A stretch of 64,000 nt of DNA, from assembly GCF_000315625.1 (NCBI RefSeq), contig NW_005434618.1:382155-446154 (forward strand), given 5' to 3'. The DNA is from Guillardia theta CCMP2712 (lineage: Eukaryota > Protista > Cryptophyta). This document shows, one piece after another, positions 1 through 13,288 of this stretch (the first letter of the stretch is position 1; every line of letters begins with the position of its first letter). The position numbers and the translations under genes were made by a program. The notes beneath the pieces were generated by a model. It saw only the letters and a list, made by a program, of their open reading frames with translations, was not told the DNA's origin and made no database searches.

Positions 1-3000
1 CCTATCAACAACAGCTGCTGGACAAGAGTACAAGCCATGGTAAATGCTTGATCAGGGAAGACTATGCCCTAGTGTGACCGAACTGTCCGTGCAGAGGAAA
101 GGAGGGAGTTGGTAAACGTTGAGGCGAGGGATAAGCTGATGTAAACAGTTGACGAAAGATGCTCCGAGGGCGAAAGTACGTTAGTAACTAAAAACAGGTC
201 AGGGGAGGAAGGGGGGAGGAAGATAGAGGAGGGGATTCAAAGAGCGCAGGGGAGGCAAGGACCCACCTGAACTTGCATGGCGGTGACATCCTTGAGAGGA
301 TGAGGGCTCTCATGTTTCTCTTGCGAGGAGGCCAGCAGAGGACCCTCGTGTTCTGGCCCAGCACGTCAGTAGCGCAAACAATGACACGGCGGACTCACTC
401 AGCATCCAGCTGGTGGTTCCCTTGCCAGCACGAGCCCAGGAGGACCTGGGGGGATCCCTCGGGGACGGGCCATCAACGTCGAAGAGCTGCTGGGTAGAGG
501 CCTTGCCGACAGACTTCATGTAGAAGGGCTTGAAGATCTTCTCGTCGGGGGGGTTGAACAGCTCGCCATCCATGTCATGCCCGGTGTACTCCGAGTTCGC
601 TCCTGGTCCTGGCCTCCACCATTTCGGCTGCGGCACAAGTTCAGAGAGCCAGCCATGGCGATGCCGGAATGTGAACCTCCATGGCGTCGGCGGTGGCGCT
701 GGTCCCGTCTCGAGGGTGATAGTCTTGGTTCGATCCCGTGTTGTCCCACTTGGCCGTGTGATAATTCTCACTGCGTTTCCACCACCATCAGCCACATCGC
801 CGTTCCTCTCAGCTCCCCGCTGCAATACCTGCCGACTCCACCCCAATGCTCGTTGTGGTCATGGATGCCCCACTGGTTGTAGAGCATCTGCTGCATCTCC
901 AACCTACGCTGCTGCTTGTGCAGCACATTCACACTGCCATGACAACAGTGATCAGATCATTCACAGCTCCCGCAAGAAAATCTCCGCACCTCACGCCAAC
1001 AAACAGAACCAATGCAAGCAACCCAGCTACAACCTGCAAAGACGAGAGGAGAAATGTTAATCAACAGTCGCACGATCTTTCCAGAAGAGACTAGACCGAC
1101 TGGGAGCATCTGACAAACAAACCCCTTCATTGCCTATCTCCTCACTCCTGCTATGACCGCCTTGACCCCAAATGCATCTCTCTCGTCTAGATTCTTGACC
1201 TTCACGACCGACTGAGTGACTAACTGAGTGACTGAGTGACTGAGTGACTGACTGATGAGTGACTGACTCGCTTCTTCTCATGATTCCTCACCATGCGCGG
1301 TCGTCCGCCTCGCATTCCGCCAAGAGCCACAACCGCAGCCATTGGCGGGGGCTGAGTGGGGATGAGGTATCGTCTCCTTTAGCCGGGCCGCCGGCCCGGC
1401 CGGGCACGCCCTTTGCCCGAGTACCGGTCCGTTGGCTCGGATAACGATCATGACCCGTGTAGTAGATATCGGCTATTTGAGGGGGTAGGGGTGTACAATT
1501 TTTAGGTGGCCTCAGATTTTCAAGGGATGAGCCTGGCGGTCAGGAGTACCGGTTACAAATCCCTTAAAACCACCGGTGATATAACAAACTAACACCCCCA
1601 TTTTGTCCAGAAATTCCACCGGTGTAGTAAAAGTAAATGACTACCCTCGATTCCTCTGGGAGCAGCACCGGTGGGAGACGATACCCCCGACCGAAGTACA
1701 CCCCCTCCGAGTTACCCCTCCTCACCTGCAGGAAGGGGTAGATACTTTGCTTGGATCAACTGAAAACAGGGGGTAGGTGGCATAAGAATGACTACAATCC
1801 AAGAAGGGGTAGGGGGGTACGCTGGAAGCCTTGGAGTTCCCCGGGGGAATGGGGGTGGCAGAGGACAGGCACAAGATAATGGGGTGGGTGTGTTTTGTAT
1901 GAACGGAGGGGGTAGTGGGGGAAGGGGGTAAGCGATGCTTGGGGTAAGGAGTGGCCATATGTGAGGGGGTGCAACTGGAACTCCCCGGGGTAGGGTGTTG
2001 TTCGGGTTAGGGGGTACGGGTGGGGGGTCATTGCTGGGGTAAAACTTTGGTTATATCAAAAATACCTTACGACGCTACAAAGATACAAATGATCATTAAA
2101 AATAGTTTTAATGGTACTAATTTTTCTATCAAAACAACCAATCAGTAACAGCTTTACCTATAATCAAGTTCACTAAAATAATTTATCTTGCTGTGATTGG
2201 GGGCAGATACTTCTGTTGGTACAAGAATCAGATTAAATATGTTTTTTAAAAACTGTTTATAACTACCCTTTAAAAGTGCTACCAAACAGCGAAGAAAAGA
2301 GCCATGCTGAGTGGGTGGTAAGAAGACGGAAGTTTGGGTAGGGGTAGTGAAGAGTACGGGTGTATGCAGAATGATCTAGAATAACATCACATAAGGGGTG
2401 GGTAATTACAGAGAAAAAGATGGGTACTATAGAACAAATTCTTCCAACAACGGTAGGGTATGCAATGGAGCAGGGGTGAGGGGTAATTGTTGCAGGGTGG
2501 GTACCACAGGTTCAGCCAGAAGGAGAGCCAGGGAGCGAAAAGTAGTGGCGAGGACGAACGAGGAGTCTGAGCGAGAGGAGGAGGAGGAGGAGGGAGGCAA
2601 AATCATTGCTGAGAGCACAGAATCTTGAAGAAAGATCTGGCTCTGTCCTTGTTCCAGCATTGGTACACGTTTCTTGAGTAGTTGGAGAGTCCTGAGTGGT
2701 GAAAGCGCCATTGCGCCTGTTGGCGTGCGATTGTAGCTTGAGAAGCTTTTGTGGTAGATAGAAGAGGTATTGGTCTGTCTCATTCTAATCTTCACGGTCC
2801 AAGATGCAACCTGCTGATTTTCCTCACTCCTTGCTCCAAAATGTTGCTACCACAAACCTTGTCCCACATATGAATCTGTTTGCTGTGACCCTGGCTTGAT
2901 GCAACAGTCGCAATACAGCCATGGCAAAACTGCCGTCTCTTGCATTGGATTCACGAAATTTCATTCTTGTTGCAAATAGAGTGCATGCGTTGAAGTCTGT

Positions 3001-3069
3001 GTTCTAACATGTCTGTTTTTGTTCAGTTTCAACCAGATACATTCTGCATCCAACAGTCCGCGTACAGAG

Positions 3070-5350
3070 ATGAGTGAAAGCGTGAAGGAGCCGACGGTTG
3101 AGTCGCTGCTCAAGCAGGTATTGCATAGCATTTCCATCGTCCTTGTTCATTGCAGTATCCCAAATCTCTCGTCTCTGATTGTTGCTCTTCATCTAGCTGG
3201 AGGACGAGAAGCGTAAGAATGCTTCACTGGAAAGGTAATCTGGGATATTTGCACCTTGAGAAGTTAACAGTTGTACAGAAACAATGCCGATTTGAAGAGG
3301 AAGATGGGGATTCAACAATCCCAAATTGAAGCGGAAGCCGAGAGAATCACGAATAAGCTGATGTAGCATGAAAGCATTTGTAAGCCTTGCAAGCTGAATT
3401 ATTCACAGGCTCCGAATCGAAGAAATCGAGAAGGAGAAAGCTACGATGCGTCTTCAGGTACGCATCTTCCTCATTGCACCTTCCCATCATCTGAAGATAA
3501 CTACAGGTTGAAGCCGAAGAGCGAAGGCTTGAGCATGAGAAGAAAGAGCTGGAGACAAAATTACAACAGAGTGCTGCTCACCTTGCAAGGTAGTATCGTC
3601 AAGGGCAATAATCCCCTGAATCTTACTTTGCAATTATCAAGGCTCAAACACGAAAAAGAGGCTCTTGTGCGCCAGGTTAAGATTAAAAAGTGTCCAAATT
3701 GTGATATTGACATCGTCAAACTATAGGTAGAGCAGGAAGAAGAATTCCTCACCAACACTCTGCAGCACAAGCTCGCCAAGGTTCCACTCTCTTCTTTCTG
3801 TTTGCACAAGTCAAAATCTTAATGTATGCAATGCTAGGTTCTGGCAGAAAAAGTAGAGATAGAGAACGAGCTTGAGCAGGAGCAAGAATACATCTCCAAC
3901 AGACTGCAGAAGCAAGTTGTTGACACGCTCAAAGAGAAGCAAGATATGGAACGCCGACTCGAAGAGGAGAAGGCCAAGGTAGTTGTTTGTGATTCATTTC
4001 ATTAGAAGCTCACTCTTGTATTTGCAATGCAGGTCCTATCTATGGAAGAAGAAAAGAAGAAGTTAGCTCGACAGTTACAATCCCTGCAGTACGAAACCTA
4101 CCTAAGCATTAAGTGCTGGTGGTTGATCAGTGTTGGTGGCAGGCTCAATATTGAGGTGGAAGAAGAGAGAATTTCAAACACCTTGGGCAAGACTGTGGAC
4201 CAAATCAAGAGTGAGAAGGTATATGGACATTGCGAATGCCCTTGAAGAGTGCTGATGCTCGAAACAGGAAGCGCTGATTCAGAAGCTTGAAAAGGAGAAG
4301 GCCACAGCTTCAGCGCTCAGCAGGTACTGATGTAAAAAGCTTTTGTATGCTTTTTAAAGCGGTGATTTGCAAAGGGAGCACGAGCTGCAGCGTCTGGAGT
4401 TGAAAAAGCTTCAGGGTACAAACTACGTCATGCAACAAAGGATTGCCAAGGAGTCAAAACGGCTCACTGAGATGCAACGGGAGAAGTCTCTGATCGCACA
4501 GGTTGACTGCAATTCCCATCGCTTTGTCACGATACTTACAAGCTTGTCGATTTGCTTCCCTTTCAGAGACTCGAGGCTGAGTGGGAACGCCATTTCAACA
4601 TGATGGTTCGCGAAAGATCCTGTTATCCTGCTTTCAATCGTGCCACCTCTCTGGAGAAGTGGAACCTTGCCGAGATGGAGGCTGTTGACCTCTGCGACAA
4701 TAGCTGGAACAGTGTGGATCCGGACGGTGATGTGCTGGGAGAATTGAGTCTCACTCCGAGAATTTTCCGGGAGAAACGAAGTGAGTTGATGCTTAATCAT
4801 AGTCCAACTTTGCAGTTGACCTTATTCTTTGCTCGAATCAACAGGAAGCGGCAAGTGGGAGTCCCAGAGTTTGCCCTCTTTCAGCCCGAGATTGAGTCCC
4901 TATCCTTCACCTCCGGCCACACCTTACAGCTCAAGGTCCAGATCTCCGGCCCTGAATCGATCCCGTGAGTATCAATGTGCCTTGTCTCGGAGCATTTACA
5001 AACAGATGCAGGTGATATAACTCCCACGGGCTCCCGTTCGCAATCGCCATCAGCACGATCATCTCACAGCAGGTTGAAAGTTTTGATCATCTACATCCCA
5101 TCAGTCTTACTTGTATCTGCAGCATTGTGTCGGCAGCTGAAACTGCAGGACACATTTCCTTTCCGACAAAGATGGTTTGTTCTTGAGTTTCGTCTTCAAA
5201 CTCGTCTAAAATTTCAATTTGCAGACTGGAAGTCTGCATAGGCTCACTACGAACCCGCTCGTTACAACCTTTCCGCAACATCCTTAACGGCTCGGTTGAA
5301 ATCCATTCGTGTGACTCAGTTGGTCCCGTGTACTCTAGATGGCTGATAAC
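3070..5350 (+). CDS. CCDC6/DUF2046-like coiled-coil protein, multi-exon (3' end approximate)
   Basis: Short exons separated by ~45-50 bp GT-AG introns splice to ...VEQEEEFLTNTLQHKLAK/VLAEKVEIENELEQEQEYISNRLQKQ..., resembling the repeated EQEEEFxxNxL motif of CCDC6. ATG at 3070. Confidence 0.7.
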
Positions 5351-6160
5351 GTTAGTGTAATGCCATAACGCTTGTAGACTTGTTGATTCACGTCTGCATC
5401 ACTCAGCTTGTCCAACATCTGAGACCCTTCTCAGTCAGTCTGACCAGACGTCCGGTCGGAAGCTGAGAGACTGAGATCTGAGTGCTTTGCTGGGTCCACT
5501 GGGTCATGACAGGCTACACAGCAAGAGAAATCTCCTCAACAGTCCCAGATAAATCTTTCAGCAACCTCCAACACTTTATTCCCAACACCGCATTCAGTAA
5601 AAGTTACCACGCTGCTACTCTTGTGACTCTCCTCACCTCCTCTCCTTTCCAACTGCTCCCTACCCGCTATCCGTCCTTCCTGGAAGAGTACAAGTCTATT
5701 GAAACTGCTCCTCCTGGCCTGCCCTGTCAGATCAGGCCCCGGCTGAGCTGGAACGGGCCTCCTGAATCTCCCGGCGTGATTGCGGGACGGTACAGTTGCA
5801 GCCTGGCGGCATCCCGGCGCCGCTCCGAGGGCCGATGGTCACTCGCTGCCGTCCGATCTCGTTCAAGTTCTACCAGCGGCTCAGCTGGCAACTTAAGTTA
5901 GCACAGGCCTGAGTTAGCAGTCATACAATCAGCTCTGTACTCACAGTCACGGTCACGTGACTGAGTACAGGACTGAGCCTGGCAGACTCTGAGGACCGTA
6001 CTGAGTACTGCAGCGGCACTGAGCCTCGGAGTCAGGACCGTACTGAGTCTGGCACTGATGAGTCGGTGACTGCCTGCGGATGAGTAGGGGCAGTAGGGTA
6101 TGAGTGGGGATGAGGGTCCATTATCGGGCAAAGCGTTCCCATGCGGTGGTGGAGGCCGTA

Positions 6161-6290
6161 GGGAAGGGGAGAGGAGGGAGGACGAGGGAAGGGGAGAGGA
6201 GGGAGGACGAGGGAAGGGGAGAGGAGGGAGGACGAGGGAAGGGGAGAGGAGGGAGGACGAGGGAAGGGGAGAGGAGGGAGGACGAGGGAG
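6161..6290. repeat. 25-bp purine-rich tandem repeat, ~5 copies
   Basis: Unit gggaaggggagaggagggaggacga repeated directly. Confidence 0.9.
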
Positions 6291-6439
6291 GGTTGGGAAA
6301 CGAGTAGGAAGGGGAGGATAAGGATGATGCTGATATTTAGCGATGTGCAGGCAGTGAGTTGACGGGCCCAGGTGCAGGGGGAGGAGATTGGCAGAAGTCG
6401 AATGGGGAGTTAGCGAGGATCTGTGTTCGCAAGACTGTT

Positions 6440-8193
<1,754 letters not shown>

Positions 8194-8255
8194 CCGCCCC
8201 CCCTCCCCCCCCTCCTCCTCCTTCCTCCCTCCTCCTCAGTCCTCTTTCCATCTCC

Positions 8256-10920
8256 CTATCGACTGCTGAAGAAGAAGAAGGCGCAGCCATTCCTGGCCTC
8301 GTTGATCTTCGTGTTGAGATTCTTCTCGTCCTCCTCACTCCAGGGCATCCCTGCTGTCGTTCAAACTCTTGTCGCCCCCTCTCCCCCCTCGCCTCCTTCA
8401 CCTGCGCTCTTCTGATTCGATTTTGTCCTCCTCCTCAATCGCAATTCCTCTATCTCCGTCAGGTCCTGTCGTCTCCGTCAGCGAGCCACAAGTTCTCGTG
8501 CTCCGACTTCCGTCCTCTAGCTTCTGCTCCTGCTCCCGCTCGTTCCATCTCCTCCCCCCTCCCCCTCTCTCTTAGACCTCTGAAGGGCCGATGATGATGA
8601 CGCTTGTGCCAGGAGGAGCCTGGGAGCAAAGGCTGGAGATGGTCTTGTCGACGCCTGCACGCGGCAGATGACGGAGAGGAAGAGAGACACATGGCAAGAC
8701 CGAGCAGACGAGCTTCCAGTTCCTCGGGAGGAGCTTCAGCCTTGTCGTCCGGCGCGTCGTTGGGAGGAGGAGAAGTAGCAGACTTGCGCCGAGAGGCTCG
8801 ATCCTCTCGAGGAGGTCCGACGTCGAGCCAGGAGACCAGGAGGAAACTGTCGTGGCTATCGAAGATCTGACGAAACGAGCTCATCACGGCCGTGGATGAG
8901 GTTGGAGGCTCGTCACCTTTGCCGCTTCCTCTAGCATGTTCTTCTCGTTCTTGCAGCAGATCTGAGTTGCTGAGCTTCCCTTCGACATCAGTCCGATCTT
9001 GTTTTACCAGTCAGTAGGAATATCTCTCCTCCTCAATCTCCCTCCTCTGCTCCTCCACCTTTCCTCCCTTCCCACTTGCTCTTCCGCCCTCTCTCGTCCT
9101 CCCCTTCCCCGCTCCTGCTTTCCTTTCCTCCTCCTACCGTCCTGATGTCACCCAGCATGAACATCTGCAAGCTCCTTGTGCTCTTCCTCTCCAACCGATG
9201 AAACAAATTTTCTCCCTTCAGCCTGCAATCTCCTGATACACCGAAGAATGGACCTGCAAGAGCTTGTTGGATTTGACAAGTTCCAGGGAGAGGGAGCAGG
9301 GGAAGAGAGAGGCGAGGAGGGAAAAGGAATAAGTTGTGTTGAACGAGGAGGATAAGGACAGGAGCAAGGAGGAGAAGGACAGGAGCAAGGAGGAGAAGGA
9401 GGAGAAGGAGGAGAAGGAGGAGAAGGAGGAGAAGGAGGAGAAGGAGGAGAAGGAGGAGAAGGAGGAGAAGGAGAGGACGGGTCTAGGGCAAACCTTTCAT
9501 AAGTTTGAGCTTGACAAGCTGCATGCAAGCAGCAGCGTCATCAACGCTGCAATGTCCATTCTTCCTATCCATCTCCCTCCTCAAGTATCTGCTGACAAGG
9601 TGGCGGAGAGCATGCTTGTACGCGTTTCCCCTGGTTGACACCGTCAAGACATCATAGAAAAGAAGAGCAGGGGAAGGTGAGGAAAGGAGCAAGCGAACAA
9701 GGGAGGTGGAGGTGGAGGTGGAGGGGGGTTGGGGGGGTGGCGAGCGAATGAGGGAGAGCATACTTCGGGTGGGGGAACAGGACTGCCGTATCGATGACGC
9801 GGCTGTGATAGATTCTGCACGCCCTCAGGTCATTTTCCAGCGAGTGCCCCACCAGGATGGTTTCGGCGGAGCAGAGCTCGAGAACTCTCTGCTGGATGTC
9901 GTAGATGTTCGTCTCCACGTCCTTGAGCATCTCCTGGGTGATCCCGCTGTACTTGGTGTTGTAGTCCACGATCTCGTTGAAGGGCTTCACGAAGCTGTCA
10001 TACACAGTGTTGCCATCCTCGTCCACCAGGGAGATTCTGGTCAGCTCCAGCCCCTCCTTGGTAGTGCACATCTCACAGTCCATCGCAATCATCTTATCCC
10101 TCCTCCCTGACTTGGGTGACTTGGGTGACTTCTTCTCATCCCCACCCTCTGGCCTCGTCTCCACGTACCCGTTGGCGTGCTCATACTCCTCCCCTCCCTC
10201 CCAGTTGGGCGAGATGGGGTAATTGTTGTCGACAAGCTCTGCAAAGGAGAGCAGGCAATCGGAAGGTTTCAATGATAGCTCTGCTGCGCTCTTCTTGGCG
10301 GCTTCTTTAGCATTTTTAGCGTGTCCCTTGTCTTGGTCTGGGCACGTGAAAATGTCAGCAGTCGCCGGGAAAATCTCGATCGGAGTGCCAGGGGCGCGGA
10401 GGACAACAGAATCGTGACGGCGGGAGGAGAGGAAAGGAAGGGAGTCCTGATGCTTCAGGTAGGTAGAGTGTCCCAGTGAGTCCACGCACACGATCATCAG
10501 GTTGCGGACCGGGAGATTCCCTTCAAGGCTCGCCCACGAGGGGGAGGGCCCGCAACCCATACTGTGAAGAATGTAATCCCTGACGTCCTTCGGGTTCAAC
10601 GGAGGCCTCGGCACTGGGAGGGACCATTGAAGTTTCAGCAAGGCCTTGTCTGGTGAAGCATGTTCTCCTTCCGGCTCCTCCTGGCTCCTCCTCCTCCTCT
10701 TTTTCTTCTTCTTCTTCTTCGCGCTCGAGGATTCGTCACGGGAGCTCTGGTCACGAGACTCTCTGTCCGAGTCTCTTGAGCTGTCAAGGTCTTTGTTCTT
10801 CTTCCTCTTCTTCTGCACACGTTCCTCCTCACCCGTCTCCTCCTCCTCCTCCTCCTCCTGCCTCCTTCTCTCCTCCTCCTCCTTCTCCTTCTCCTTCCTC
10901 TTGCTTTTCTTCTTCCCCAT
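8256..10920 (-). CDS. DEDDh 3'-5' RNA exonuclease, REX1/REXO family, multi-exon; 5' end may extend upstream
   Basis: Exo I MIAMDCEMC, LTRISLVD, VDYNTKYSGIT and Exo II LVGHSLENDL; the next exon gives Exo III GHCSVDDAAAC. Lys/Arg-rich NLS-like N-terminus. Confidence 0.85.
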
Positions 10921-11059
10921 GGCCGCACGATCTTCCGTCCCCTCGTCGACCACCCCACTTCTCCTCCCGTCTACACCCCCACCCTCCTTCCTTCCTCTTA
11001 GGACCCCACCCTTCGAACGTTCCAAATTACCTACCACCCCCCCTCCCTCCTCTAAGAGT

Positions 11060-12434
11060 ATCCTTAGCCTGTCTTGGTACCCATCAGCTGCCTTCCGCGC
11101 CGAGTTCGCTGCCAACACCGCCTGCATGCAACTGTGAGAAGAGAAGGAGGAGCACGACGACGACGAGGAGGAGCAGGAGGAGGAGCAGGAGGAGGAGCAG
11201 GTGGAGGAGCAGGTGGAGGAGCAGGTGAAGGAGCAGGTGAAGGAGAAATCGGTAGGAGGGAGGGCATACACGGGGTGGAGGATGCATAGGACACAAGGGG
11301 CGAGGCAGGCAACACAAGGGCAGGTGGGAAAATGGACGAGGCTGAAAACTCGTTGAAAGGGCTAGGAAGCTACAAGACATGAAGCGAGATCGAGGTCATC
11401 AGACCCAGGGAACAAGACAAACAACAACTGAGATGCATCTTTGACGGAGGAACTCCTTATATCAAGGAAGGGTTGCACCGGCAGACATGTAGAATTATCT
11501 CACCTCTTTCCACTTGGCTCTCGTGGACCCGCAAGGCAACCTGTAGAGAGGAAATCAGTCAACATAACAAACAGAGCAACCAAGTCCTTCGTCAACAAGG
11601 GGAACGGCATGAGATGTGATTCTTGAGGTTGTTGAAACAAGTAAAGGAGGGGCCGGAGCTCACCTCAGCTTCTCTCCCTTTGCCTTCTTCACTGCTGCTT
11701 CTGCCTCAACAACTTTTTGCTGCAGCCTGTAGGAATTGATTAGCTTTCGAAGACCCACATGCGAGCTGAAAGGCACATAATAATTTCCCGCTCAAACCCT
11801 CTGGCCGTGCCATCTCACCCCAGCTAACACCGGGTGTTGTATCCTCAATGCAGAGAATCAAAAATTCCTAACAGCTCTGACCTCACATGCCGCATCGCAT
11901 GTTTGCTGATTTTTTCAATCCTCATCATCTTCATCGCTCACAATCTTTCAACCTCCCACCACCCAGGAACATCCAAGTTCAAGAGGACACGAGCAGGATG
12001 AACAAGGACGCAACATGCCATGGAGCAAAGTAGACTTCTCACCTTTCTAGCTCTTCTCTGCACTCAACGATCCGCTGCTGTACATTTCTTGTAGTGGGCT
12101 TGCTGTTCGCTTCAGATCCTGCTTCCTCCGCCTTCTCACCTGCGTTGGAGAGCATGTGTCTGATAGTGGTGCGAACGTCGTCGCTCACTGACATGAAGCT
12201 TTCAAGTCTCGAGGGGTTCCGCATCTTGGAAGACTGCTTCTTTCCTCCTCGAAGGACCATGACCAGGCCAAAAGCGCTTCCTTTAACGAGTTGGCTCTTT
12301 CCACAATCTATCCGATCCAGCATATTCGAGCAACTAGTATCGTGCATACATTGCGGCCAAGTATCCGAGCAAGAGAAGAAGCAGACGAAGAAGAACCCAT
12401 GGAACACCCAGAAGATCGAGGGCCCTCTCTTCAT
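11060..12434 (-). CDS. Multi-exon protein with hydrophobic N-terminus and LRGG motif; possibly the 5' part of the exonuclease gene
   Basis: ORF 12039-12434 (MKRGPSIFWVFHGFFFVCFFS...LVMVLRGG) ends at a gtgag donor. Further coiled-coil-like exons follow (LRKLINSYRLQQKVVEAEAAVKKAK). The splice chain is not fully resolved. Confidence 0.45.
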
Positions 12435-12935
12435 CCCGATGCGCCTTGGCCTCTATTTCAATGGCAAAGATGTTCAGAAGGAGCTGGAACAGCTGCCGCA
12501 AGGTGAGACGGAGAAGGTCAAGAGGTACTGCAGGAAAGACCCTCACGCGCCATGTCGAGATCTCTTCGCAAGCTCATGGTATCGCGATGGGGCGCATCCG
12601 ATCCCCCCTTCAACGAGCGCACCATGTGCGGAGATGCGGCGGAGAGGTCTCAGAAGAAGCAGAGCAGGAGCTTGATGTCTGAGGACGAGGAGATTCTCAG
12701 TCGCTCTCCTCTCCTCTCCCTCTCCCTCCCTCCCCTTCGCTCCTTGGAAGATGAAGGCCCTGCCCCGCCATCGTTGCCTACTAAAAGTCCCGCAGCTAGT
12801 CCCGTTAGAAAGGGGAAAAAAGTGGAAAAAAGATTGAAAAAAGAAGTTTTACAGGGGCCGGGTGGTCAGCTGCGGGTGCCAGTAAATTGGAATCGGGGAT
12901 CATATTGATCAGATTCAACGAGCAAACAAGAAGAG

Positions 12936-13054
12936 CTAGACTGAGTGACTTGAACGTGTAAAGAATAAAGGTGAAGGTGTTACAGGCTAGACTGAGTGAC
13001 TTGAACGTGTAAAGAATAAAGGTGAAGGTGTTACAGGCTAGACTGAGTGACTTC
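12936..13054. repeat. 51-bp tandem duplication (2 full copies plus a partial)
   Basis: gctagactgagtgacttgaacgtgtaaagaataaaggtgaaggtgttacag occurs twice, followed by gctagactgagtgactt. Confidence 0.9.
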
Positions 13055-13288
13055 GACACGGCGTAAAGAAGAAGAGCGAGCTCGCATCGAGTCATGGGCT
13101 GGTGCTCATGAGCAGAGCAGCGGGGAGTTCTCTGATGATGGCCATCAGACCCTCAATGACCTTCAGCCACGTCACGCTGAGCGATCAGAGACTGAGAGAT
13201 CAGTTACCTTGAGGAGGCGAGAAGACGGCGAGGAATCAAGCGTGATGGATTGGGCAATGTCGGTGAATCCCTTCTGCATAGAAATCAT

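Noticed and set aside
1-1281. 178-aa minus-strand ORF (310-846) and neighbours
   Set aside because: No recognisable domain or consistent splice chain; may be a gene or TE fragment running off the window.
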